Shown: positions 52,631-64,000 of the stretch, in pieces
Layout of the letters: every line of letters starts with the position of its first letter
Position numbering within the stretch: position 1 is the stretch's first letter
Assembly: GCA_051294375.1 (NCBI GenBank)
Contig: CM119268.1
Coordinates: forward strand, 17,049,420-17,113,419
DNA from: Paraspadella gotoi
Taxonomy: Eukaryota; Animalia; Chaetognatha
Direction: 5' to 3'
Length of the DNA: 64,000 nt
Notes under the pieces: generated by a model
What the model saw: only the letters and a program-made list of their open reading frames with translations
What the model was told of the DNA's origin: nothing
Database searches by the model: none
Position numbers and translations under genes: made by a program

Positions 52631-53205
52631 AGCTCAGGAGGAGCGGGTTTAGAAGCCTCATTAGGATCTTTATTTTTGTCAATATGCAATTTTGAGTGCA
52701 ATTTGGATTGATTTTGATTATTATGTTCAATATGAGAAAATTTACAACGATAACCAAAAAATTATTAATGAGCGAAACTTAGTAATATAGGCGAAATAAA
52801 TTAACAACAATAAATTAATAACGTGGATCATGTGTATCATTCTGTTTGTTTATTCTTTATTCTTCTGCCTGTCTTTCTGTCTCAGTCTTTCTATCCATTT
52901 TTTGCTCCTCTCTTCGTTTTCTCTCTTGATCCTCGTGATCTCTCAATACCAACGTATCTCTCAAGAACACTCATTCATGTTTCCCCCGCATCACTTCTCT
53001 CCAATCCCTTCACCTTTCCTCTCTCTCCTTCCCTTCCCTTCACTTCCCTTCCCCCATCTTTCTCCCATCATCTGCCCTGGCCTCGCGCCTTCGCCGGATT
53101 GTCACACATCTCCTTTGGCCACCGTCACCTGGTCCCGACCCGCTGCCTCATCAATCAAATATTCTTATGGTGCATCAAAGGACGTCGGAGATAGGGAAGG
53201 CCGCC

Positions 53206-53756
<551 letters not shown>

Positions 53757-54480
53757 CATCGACAACCCACACGGAAAAGAGGTTTAAAAACACGTTTTTT
53801 TCCTTCTCGGAAGGATCATTGTTTCAAAGGAAAGGAGACGTTTAGCTGTCGGGAAACTTGTTTCAATAAATTTGTCTTTTCCTCGGGAGACGAGGCGACC
53901 GAAGAACCACTTCCGCCCTCATTTCATTCGCTCAAAAGGACCGTCTCTATATAAGAGCTTTTCATTCACGAATTAGATATGCCCATTGCCTTTGAGTCCT
54001 ATGGAGCCTATGGTGTGAGAATAAAAACCCAGAGAGAAAAAAAAGAAAGATTAACTTATATCCTTAGTTTTTTTTCATCCTCGTCGCCTTTAATCATTCG
54101 ACGACGATCCAAATGAATCTATGGCGTTGACGGTTATGTTGTTTAAAAAAAAAAGTACTTCCCCCCGCCATGAATTAACCCAGTTGGGGATGGCTGCTCT
54201 GCGAAAAACGGTTCTTGCCTTTGGACGGTTCACAAACCAGTGAATAAGCGGTAATTGATGGGCCAAGCATCTGGAGAAAGAAATTTGTTGCCCATTTGAA
54301 GTTTATTGCATGTTGGGAGGAAGTGGGGGAAACTCTTTCGCTCTCGCTCTCTCTCTCTCTCTCTCTCGTTTTCTCTCACTCTTTTGACGAGTGGAAACAA
54401 GGTTGTTATGGTCTGTGAGGAGAATGGAAAATGGGGAAGGGAGGAGGTTCGGAAAGAAAGGGAGAGAGAGAGACCGCACG

Positions 54481-54518
<38 letters not shown>

Positions 54519-55026
54519 TAGCTCATGCAAAGTAAGTTGATTTACTTCTGCTCTTTGCCTCTTAAACAAATAAATCGAGAGAACGAAACTTGATTTAAAG
54601 TAAGTATAAATGAATAAACATTTGGGTCGCTTCAAAGCGAAGAATTTAATTCATAAACAAACATCTATTGTTTTCATCAGAAACGCGATTTCTCCCGTCT
54701 CGATGCTCATCGACATTCAACAAAAGACACAATAACGCAGTCAAAGCGTAAACATCCGGGTTTTTACTTTTCATTCTCTCTATGAGTTTTCTCTCTCCTC
54801 CCGCGCCTCATTTGCATACTCGTTCCAACGACGATGGAGTCGCCGTTGTTATTCAACGCGAACCGGAACAAAAGAAGAAGAAGGAAAAAGGAGGAAAAAG
54901 CCCCCGAGATTGATTGCAGGTGGAGCAGCCTTCAACGGGAAGCAACGGGAAAGAATCGCCGCTCGTTTTACTCATCGACAATCCTGGGACACGGATGGAG
55001 GAACCAGAAAAGGCAGGAAGGAGGAA

Positions 55027-55104
<78 letters not shown>

Positions 55105-55880
55105 TCGCAAGGACAAACGGAGAAAAGAAGGTCATTGGCTCGGAAACCATAGATGAAATGGTGGACGAGAGAGAGAGAGGGAAAGAGGGAAAGAGTTAGA
55201 GAGAGAAAGGCCAATTTTTTCCCCATGGTCTCGATTCCAAGTCAAAAGGTTTAGATGGGAAACTTAGATCAAATCAAGTCTCCAATAAAGGAGGACCAAC
55301 GACTGAGGCAAAGCCGAAAGGTTACTGCGTCCTCTTTATGAAGTTCAAATGAATAAATCTCTATGATATTTTTATGTCATCGATATAATTTTGCTGCCGA
55401 TACTAAATTAAGAATTTTACTCTAACCGTTTCCAAGATTAAACTTTGACGTTAAAATTTAATTAAATGATTTTTCCCACTATAATGCAATTAGTAAGATC
55501 TTTGTTAATAACTTCACGTTATTAAAACCAGAAATAGCACAGTTACTCGTACACTTTTTTCTCCTCATCTTCTTTCTCTTCCTCCTGTTCCTCCTCTTTT
55601 CTCCAGTCTCTTTAAATGCCATTTCCTTCCTCCCTTTCAACCCATGCCTTTTTTTCCTCCACCTTTTCTTCTTCTTCCTCCTCCTCATCCTCCTCCTCCT
55701 CTTCCAGTCCCGCTTTGTTTTCTCTTCGTCCTCCACCTCTTCCTCCTTCTTCCCCCGTCACTTTTCCCTCGCTCTTTTCTTCTGTCACAAAACAGAGGGC
55801 GCCCTACAGGAATTATGGGGAGCTCCTACTTCCTCGACTCTTGATGTATGATCGAGATCAAGAAGGACTGAAGAGGGAGC

Positions 55881-55916
<36 letters not shown>

Positions 55917-56903
55917 GAGAGATGAAGAGAGAGAGAGAGAGAGAGAGAGTGTGGGGGTGGAAGACCAATCAAAAAAGCCAACGGAGAAGGGTGTGGAACT
56001 GGAAACCATGTCGGCCATGGAACCAGCGGATTTTGGCCGGAAACTATCGACATTTGCCGGAAACTTAGTCGATTCCGTCCGCAGCTTCGAAGCAAAAACA
56101 ACAAGAACAGCAAGAACAACATTTATAACAAACATAACAGCGAGAAAAAAAAAGGAACAACTCGCGAGTAAAAGCGGGACGCGTTATTTTAGATTTTTAA
56201 ACAAATTACTAAACTTGGAATTAGTTGAATCTCAGTTTTTTTTTAAACGAAAGCAACGAAAAAAAAAATCGCTGCACGAAACTTGAGAAAAAAAATGCGA
56301 CGTCATAAATAAAGTTACGACTTACCTGAAATGAGATCCGCGCGAAAAGGGGGAAAAAAAGGAAGGAAAAAATGGGAAAAAGTAATAAACTAATTAGGCA
56401 AAGCGATAATAGGACCGACGAGGAAATACGATATTCTCGAGATTAAAGCAATTAAACAAAAAAACTTATTAAAGGCGAGCCGGTGTGCGCACGTGAATAT
56501 AGGTGCACGCGAAGAAAAAAACAAACTTGAGATCGTGCGAAACGGTTCAAAGCACAAAAGACTTTTGTAAAGATATTTTTATACTAAATTGAATACACAC
56601 AAGTACCGAGGTCTTTGTTTTACATTCTTTAATTTACTATCGATATTGGGGGATAGCGTTACAATAATTTGATCCATTGATTTAATAAACAAACTGTTCC
56701 GGCCAAGTACCCATTCTCCCTCGGCCTATCCTCCCTATGACATTCTCTCTCTTGATCCTCTCAAAACCATCCTACTCTCTCTCTCTCTCTATCTCTATCT
56801 CTCTCTCTCTCTCTNNNNNNNNNNNNNNNNNNNNNNNNNNNNNNNNNNNNNNNNNNNNNNNNNNNNNNNNNNNNNNNNNNNNNNNNNNNNNNNNNNNNNN
56901 NNN

Positions 56904-56941
<38 letters not shown>

Positions 56942-59868
56942 AGCGGTCCTCTCCGCTCTCGGTCTGGCGCTGGCAGTATTAAAGGCTCTGGAATATGAAT
57001 TACGGCCCTGATCGAGCCTAAAGAAAGGGAAGCCCCGTTAGAAAATGGAATTGAAAATGGGCAAAAATGGTGGAGCTAAGATGGAGAGAGGGGAGGACGA
57101 AGTTCTTATTTCTTCGCCCCGCGGAAAAACAGNNNNNNNNNNNNNNNNNNNNNNNNNNNNNNNNNNNNNNNNNNNNNNNNNNNNNNNNNNNNNNNNNNNN
57201 NNNNNNNNNNNNNNNNNNNNNNNNNNNNNNNNNNNNNNNNNNNNNNNNNNNNNNNNNNNNNNNNNNNNNNNNNNNNNNNNNNNNNNNNNNNNNNNNNNNN
57301 NNNNNNNNNNNNNNNNNNNNNNNNNNNNNNNNNNNNNNNNNNNNNNNNNNNNNNNNNNNNNNNNNNNNNNNNNNNNNNNNNNNNNNNNNNNNNNNNNNNN
57401 NNNNNNNNNNNNNNNNNNNNNNNNNNNNNNNNNNNNNNNNNNNNNNNNNNNNNNNNNNNNNNNNNNNNNNNNNNNNNNNNNNNNNNNNNNNNNNNNNNNN
57501 NNNNNNNNNNNNNNNNNNNNNNNNNNNNNNNNNNNNNNNNNNNNNNNNNNNNNNNNNNNNNNNNNNNNNNNNNNNNNNNNNNNNNNNNNNNNNNNNNNNN
57601 NNNNNNNNNNNNNNNNNNNNNNNNNNNNNNNNNNNNNNNNNNNNNNNNNNNNNNNNNNNNNNNNNNNNNNNNNNNNNNNNNNNNNNNNNNNNNNNNNNNN
57701 NNNNNNNNNNNNNNNNNNNNNNNNNNNNNNNNNNNNNNNNNNNNNNNNNNNNNNNNNNNNNNNNNNNNNNNNNNNNNNNNNNNNNNNNNNNNNNNNNNNN
57801 NNNNNNNNNNNNNNNNNNNNNNNNNNNNNNNNNNNNNNNNNNNGGGGGGTGGAAGGAGTACCTCGCTGAGAGAAGAACGATTAACTGGAGAGAGAAGCAA
57901 TTTTTGTAGTGAGAGAACGAGGGAGGGGGAGTGAGAGAGGGGAAGTGGGAGAGAATTTGGGGAGGAGAGATGAGTGGAATAGAGAGAGAAGAAAAGATAG
58001 GTACGCCGTTAAAGAGAATGATCAAAGAATGATAAGTATTTCTGAGGCTGGTAAAAAGTTCTTTATTAAAAGTTATATCTGAATCACGCTTGATATTTCG
58101 AAGGTTCGAGAAAGAGAGGTTTTCTCTGAAGTTACATACGTGACTATAATTAAAAATTGATTGGGAATTTCAAAAGTAGAACGTCTCTCAGCTAATTATT
58201 ACAAGCACTGACAAAAGGTAAGAGGTTCGAATGACACTTGGTTTGTTTATAAAAATTAAATCTCAAAAAAAATTATGAGAAACAAAACGAAGGATGAAGA
58301 GAAAAAAGAAGAGACGATATTTTTTTTTTTTTTTTTTTTGAGTCACTTTTGAAGCTTCATCCTGCGTCAAGACGATAAGAAGGATTTTCGGTGGGAGAGG
58401 TAGAAGGCGAGCCCGGAAGGGTCGGCGGCGGCGGCGGCGAAGCCGGTGGAGGCTATGAGAATACTGCGGAGTTGGCGGCGGCGGCGAAGGGACGGGCGTT
58501 GCTCTTTTGTTAAATAAATGTTTAAACGATTTTTTTTCTTTTTTGCTTCATAGTTTTTTTCGCTTCCGTAAAAAAACGAAAGAGACNNNNNNNNNNNNNN
58601 NNNNNNNNNNNNNNNNNNNNNNNNNNNNNNNNNNNNNNNNNNNNNNNNNNNNNNNNNNNNNNNNNNNNNNNNNNNNNNNNNNNNNNNNNNNNNNNNNNNN
58701 NNNNNNNNNNNNNNNNNNNNNNNNNNNNNNNNNNNNNNNNNNNNNNNNNNNNNNNNNNNNNNNNNNNNNNNNNNNNNNNNNNNNNNNNNNNNNNNNNNNN
58801 NNNNNNNNNNNNNNNNNNNNNNNNNNNNNNNNNNNNNNNNNNNNNNNNNNNNNNNNNNNNNNNNNNNNNNNNNNNNNNNNNNNNNNNNNNNNNNNNNNNN
58901 NNNNNNNNNNNNNNNNNNNNNNNNNNNNNNNNNNNNNNNNNNNNNNNNNNNNNNNNNNNNNNNNNNNNNNNNNNNNNNNNNNNNNNNNNNNNNNNNNNNN
59001 NNNNNNNNNNNNNNNNNNNNNNNNNNNNNNNNNNNNNNNNNNNNNNNNNNNNNNNNNNNNNNNGGTTAGTAGAAGGTAGGTGTAACTGGATGGCGGGAAA
59101 ATGGCGCGAGTGAAGGAAAGGTGAGAGAGAGGTAGTAAGAAGAGAAGAAGGTAAGAGAGGAAGGGGAAAACAAAAAAAAGAGAAATGGGGAAAAGAAAGG
59201 AAAGAGAGGAAGGGAAAAAAGACAGGAAAGAGAGGAAGGTGAAAAAGAAAGGAATGGCAGGAATGCTAAAAAGAAATGAATCAGAAGAAGGGGAAAAAGA
59301 AACAAAAAGGTAAAAAGGGTATAAGAAAGGAATGAGTGAGAGAGGTAACAGAAATAGAGGGAGAAAAAATGTTTATAATAAAAAATATTTTGGTAAAGCA
59401 ATTACTTTGTTGATATCTACAGATCTTTGAGGTGAGGAGAGCCTACTAGTGAGCAGCTTAAAGAAGAGGTCAAAATCATCGAAAAGATTAAAAAATTAAA
59501 GGGAGAGAGAGAAGATGTGAAAGAGAAGAAAGTCATAAAACAATCAAAAAAAAAAATTAATGTTAAGGAAAATTCTCGAGGACCGTATAAGGTGAGGCCA
59601 ATAGGGTAAAGCGATTTTTATGCTTACTTTATAATTATATAAGGAACTAAAGGTTCACAAAATCTCATTTGCTCAGGAAATTCGATGCGGAGGATTCTAC
59701 AGCTTGAATCGGACACGATCCACGTGCCGTCGTCGTCGTCGCCGTCGTCGTCGTTGTCGTCGTCCTCGTCGTCGTCCTCGTCGATCCTTATCTCCCCTTT
59801 TCCAAAGATCGCACGGAGAGATAAGCGTCGGCAGCACGAGCTTGACAAGGCGAAGAATTGCTCTGATT

Positions 59869-59917
<49 letters not shown>

Positions 59918-61358
59918 TTCCCCTCCTCCTGTGAGACGGACCTGTTGCCGGCTTCAACAGATGGTCTTCCTTCCCGCGACCGAAACCGAAGAAGAGATAA
60001 AAAGCGACGACGTCCTTCGCCCCTCATGGGAAATTTCCACGAAGACGACGACGATGACGACGACGACGACGACGGGGGACAACGATGATGACGACGACGA
60101 AGACAAAGACAACGACGACCGAGACAACAACGACTACGATTAAGTCGACGATGTCAACAACGAAGACGATTGACGATGATGACATGACGATGTTGACGAC
60201 GACGATGTCAACATAAAAGATGACCGCGTCGAAATGCCCACGATAATGACAACGACGAGGATACTGACAACGACGACCTCCATATTTACGACGACGACGA
60301 CGAAAAAAAAAAAATAAAGAGCTAATCCGCACCGACAACCTCTGTCACTTTTTTTTCCAAAAAAACAAAAAAACTAAAGCACAAAATTCCGGCTTCAGCG
60401 ATGTCCCATTTCTGGCGATCGATCGATCGGTTGATGACAACGACACCTAGAGTCCATGAGGCGACAATTTCGTCGACTACGAAGGTAAAAACACAATGTG
60501 GATGAAACATTTTCGGCGGCGATTAATTATTGTTCTACATTCGCTTCTTTCGTTGTCGGCGTCGATTCGACCACCAAGCAAATCTTCTCCCCCCCTTTCC
60601 CCCTCCCCTCCACCTCCCCTCCACCTCCCTTCCCCCCCTCCACATCCCTCACCCCACACGCCACCTTGCTTTTTCATCGACCGAAACGAGCAAAAAATCC
60701 GCTGCCTGAGAATCCGAGTGTTGTCGGCGTCGTTATTATCGTCGTCGCCGCCTGATTTCCGTTTCCAACAACGAGGCCGATTTATCGATGATGATGTTCG
60801 ATTTTTCTATTCAAAGGTCCGATCTTTCGGTCGCTTTGTTCGTTTTGTTTGTTTTGTTCTTTTCGTTAACTTTTGTATGTTTCAATTAATTCGTTTATTT
60901 CTCTCATTCTGTTCATTTTGGTTTTTTATGAGCTTTTTGCATGTTTTGTAAGTTTCCATTGTTTCGATCGTTTGTTTTGTTCGTTTCGTTCGTTTGTTCG
61001 TTTGTTCGTTNNNNNNNNNNNNNNNNNNNNNNNNNNNNNNNNNNNNNNNNNNNNNNNNNNNNNNNNNNNNNNNNNNNNNNNNNNNNNNNNNNNNNNNNNN
61101 NNNNNNNNNNNNNNNNNNNNNNNNNNNNNNNNNNNNNNNNNNNNNNNNNNNNNNNNNNNNNNNNNNNNNNNNNNNNNNNNNNNNNNNNNNNNNNNNNNNN
61201 NNNNNNNNNNNNNNNNNNNNNNNNNNNNNNNNNNNNNTTCGTTTCGTTCGTTTCGTTCGTTTCGTTCGTTCATTTGTATTTTATTTATTGTATTCAGATT
61301 CTGAGTACTGTGATTTTCCTCACTTTTTATTATACAATATAAAATAATAAATGACTAA

Positions 61359-61439
<81 letters not shown>
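61359..61439. repeat. (TCG)n microsatellite, ~27 units
   Basis: Directly visible. Confidence 0.95.
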
Positions 61440-61440
<1 letters not shown>

Positions 61441-61522
61441 AGTTCGAACACCGAATCGAATCCCCTCCGGACTCTTGCCGGCGATGACAAAAGGTAAAGA
61501 GGCAAGAGTAGATTATGCATTG

Positions 61523-61633
<111 letters not shown>

Positions 61634-61757
61634 CGTCGTTGATTACGATAACAATGTGGAAATTTCCCTCTCGTTTTTTTTTATTTCTTCGTTTCGAATC
61701 CATCAGAGAATGAGAGTTGGAGTGGAGGAGAGAGGGAGGGAGGGAGGGAGGGAAGTG

Positions 61758-61792
<35 letters not shown>

Positions 61793-62192
61793 GAGGAAGA
61801 GGAAAAAGAAGTGAGGAAACAAGAGACGTGAAGAGGTGAACAGGGTGAATGCAGAAAAATTGAAGGAAAAAAAATATCAATAAAATGGATTTTTTTTTTG
61901 AAAAAGGGCCAAAGAAATGCACGAAATCGAATTAAATTTTCAAAGAATAATAACAAACTTAATGATACATGGTATAATTATGTGAAATGTCAATTTTCGC
62001 ATGATTAGTGGCAAAAACATGGTTGGAAAAAGAGTCGAGCTGGAGCGAAGAGGCACAGAAGAGAGAAAACAGTAAAGTCTGAAAGGATAGAAGAAAAGAG
62101 ATAGAAAAGATAGAAGAGTGAATCGAGTCTGAATCAAATTCTATCTCCACCGAGTCTTCGTCCAGTTTGCTCCACACGACTTCCGGTTCATA

Positions 62193-62229
<37 letters not shown>

Positions 62230-63059
62230 TCATCTATCTTTTTAATCATTCCACCCTATCTAACCAAACTCAGGATGCGTTCTCGCTCTGTCCATCTTTC
62301 TCAGTTCGGGTCCTCCATCATAGTTTGTTCGCCATTTTGATCGTCGCTTTCCTCGTCGTCGTCGTCGTCGTCGTAGTCGTCCTCACCCGAGCCCCGGTCG
62401 TCCCATCGTAGATTTCGTCCGCGAATAAATCCTTCGACCGCTCAACCGGATCACGAAGGTGGTGGAGGGAGGGTGAAGGCGGGAAGGGGGTTGTGAATAA
62501 ATTTGGGGGCGATCGTTGCATACTTGCATACTTGCATAGTAATAGTCACGATGGTCAATTTACCGGTAAAAGCAAAATATAGGTAATGTTTTTTAACGTT
62601 GTTCTTGGATTGACAAGATTTCAAGAGTGAAGATTCTCGCTGTCATTAAAAAAAAAACATTGTGTGACGTTCACTAAAAAGCGGTAAAATGACCGGCCGC
62701 GAGGTCACAAAATCTTTCATAGGATATTGCTAAAAATATATGTTAGTAAGTGGTTGGGTTTCACTTAAATGTTGGGAGAAATTCCCCGTTTCTCGATTTA
62801 TATTTATATTTAGATTTATATCTTCTTTTTCGGTTCTATTTTGACGATGATGTCTAAGTAAGTAAGACAAGCTGTTGCAGCAACAATGTTGCTACATCGG
62901 TTCCATAAAGGAATCAATGTTTCAATGTACTCACGCTGTGGGTCCGACAGTTTTCTAGGTAGGGAATCTTGGACCACCGAATAAATATTCTTCTCAGAGC
63001 GGGATTCCTCTAGTTTCGCTCAGCCTCTTCGTCCTCGATGCGACACTCGCGACAAACTT

Positions 63060-63160
63060 AGCGAGATCCCACCAACCTGACTCCACTGACCTGACCCGAC
63101 CTCACTCCCCTAACCTGACCAAACTGAGCGAGATCCCACCAACCTCACTTCCCTAACCTC
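63060..63160. repeat. Direct repeat AGCGAGATCCCACCAACCT x2 with CCTGAC/CCTAACC sub-repeats
   Basis: Copies at ~63060 and ~63127, about 67 bp apart. Confidence 0.75.
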
Positions 63161-64000
63161 GCAACCTGCTGGGAATTTCATGGGTCAGTCTCTGACCCCC
63201 TGATCCCGTGGGGTTGGGGGCGTGAACCCCAGATCCAAGATCGCGAGACGTTTCTGAGCAAACATCCTGAATGTTCGAAGTCGTAGTGCACTCTCTCTCT
63301 CTCTCGTCTCTCCATTCTCTCGTCTCTCTCTTCTCTCTCTCTCTTCTCCCTCTCATTCTCTCTCTTCTCTCTCTTTCTGATATTGTTGCATCTCAAACCA
63401 TTTCTTTATTACGTCATCCCTTTATTCGCATCAAATATTTCGATTTGATGCAATAAAGAGCTCAGTTTTTAAGCCACTTCCCGTCCTTATCTCCCCCGAA
63501 CCCCGCTCCCCGCTCTGGTGGCCGGCCTGACGAGACACTTAAGTATCAACGGCGTTGCTATTTTTTTTCAACTGTCCGGTAGACAAGCCGGTGCCTGGGA
63601 GCAGGGGAAAGAAGACGAGGGTCGGCCATGCCGGGTGCTGTTCCTCCTTGCTGATGCCGGTCGGCCCGCCTTTTACGCCATCGACCCCCGCCCTTTCCCT
63701 CCGCCTTTCCGCCCTGGACTGCGCGTCCTCTTCGCCCTCGCCATCAATCGCGGCTCTCGCAAAGGATCCGACAAACTTTGATTGTGATGAATGGAGCCGT
63801 AAGCCAATTGATCCCTATTTTCCCCGCCTTTCCATTCAGCCAAGTGTCGGGTGTGAGAACGAGTAGAGAATNNNNNNNNNNNNNNNNNNNNNNNNNCCCG
63901 TTTGCTTTCACTGCCGGGGACAAGCCGGTGCCGGGAGCAGGCGGAGACGAGGGGCGCTGGCCGGGTGCCGCCCTCGCTGATGCCTCGGCCCGCCCTTCTA

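Noticed and set aside
47522-53157. Pbx/Hox-type TGATTGAT sites at 47522, 47633 and 53150 (reverse), suggesting a Hox-like regulatory region
   Set aside because: A few 8-mer hits are expected by chance in this much AT-rich sequence. I saw no homeobox exon or Hox-cluster miRNA.
58180-58240. B-box-like GGTTCGAAT suggesting a tRNA or SINE
   Set aside because: There is no convincing A-box or cloverleaf.
59685-60338. D/T/S-rich ORFs
   Set aside because: They are built from (GAC)n-derived low-complexity sequence and interrupted by (CT)n, with no exon evidence.

Overview
This is eukaryotic, probably invertebrate-animal, draft genome sequence. It is gene-poor, CpG-rich and very dense in microsatellites ((AG)n, (AAAG)n, (GAC)n). 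About 30 N-gaps cover roughly 8.4 kb (~13%). Nearly all ORFs in the supplied track are artefacts of simple repeats or N-runs. The well-supported features are: (1) a four-exon minus-strand gene at 52410-50731 encoding a ~290-aa SPOP/TDPOZ-like protein with a BTB/POZ domain, a BACK-like C-terminus and a strongly diverged MATH-like N-terminus; (2) the 5' half of an initiator tRNA-Met gene on the minus strand at 5384-5347, cut by a gap; (3) a 535-bp non-autonomous hAT-type MITE at 47679-48213 with a perfect 8-bp target-site duplication; (4) a probable Helentron/DINE-like element end near 480-755; (5) many mini- and microsatellites. Several striking duplications and one long palindrome sit on gaps of exactly 25 N and look like long-read gap-filling artefacts. 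I found no convincing new biological system. The best unexplained signals are regularly spaced motif clusters (TATCGGGTGA x5; ATTGG x3 at exact 31-bp spacing before a TATA box) and an 85-bp hairpin.
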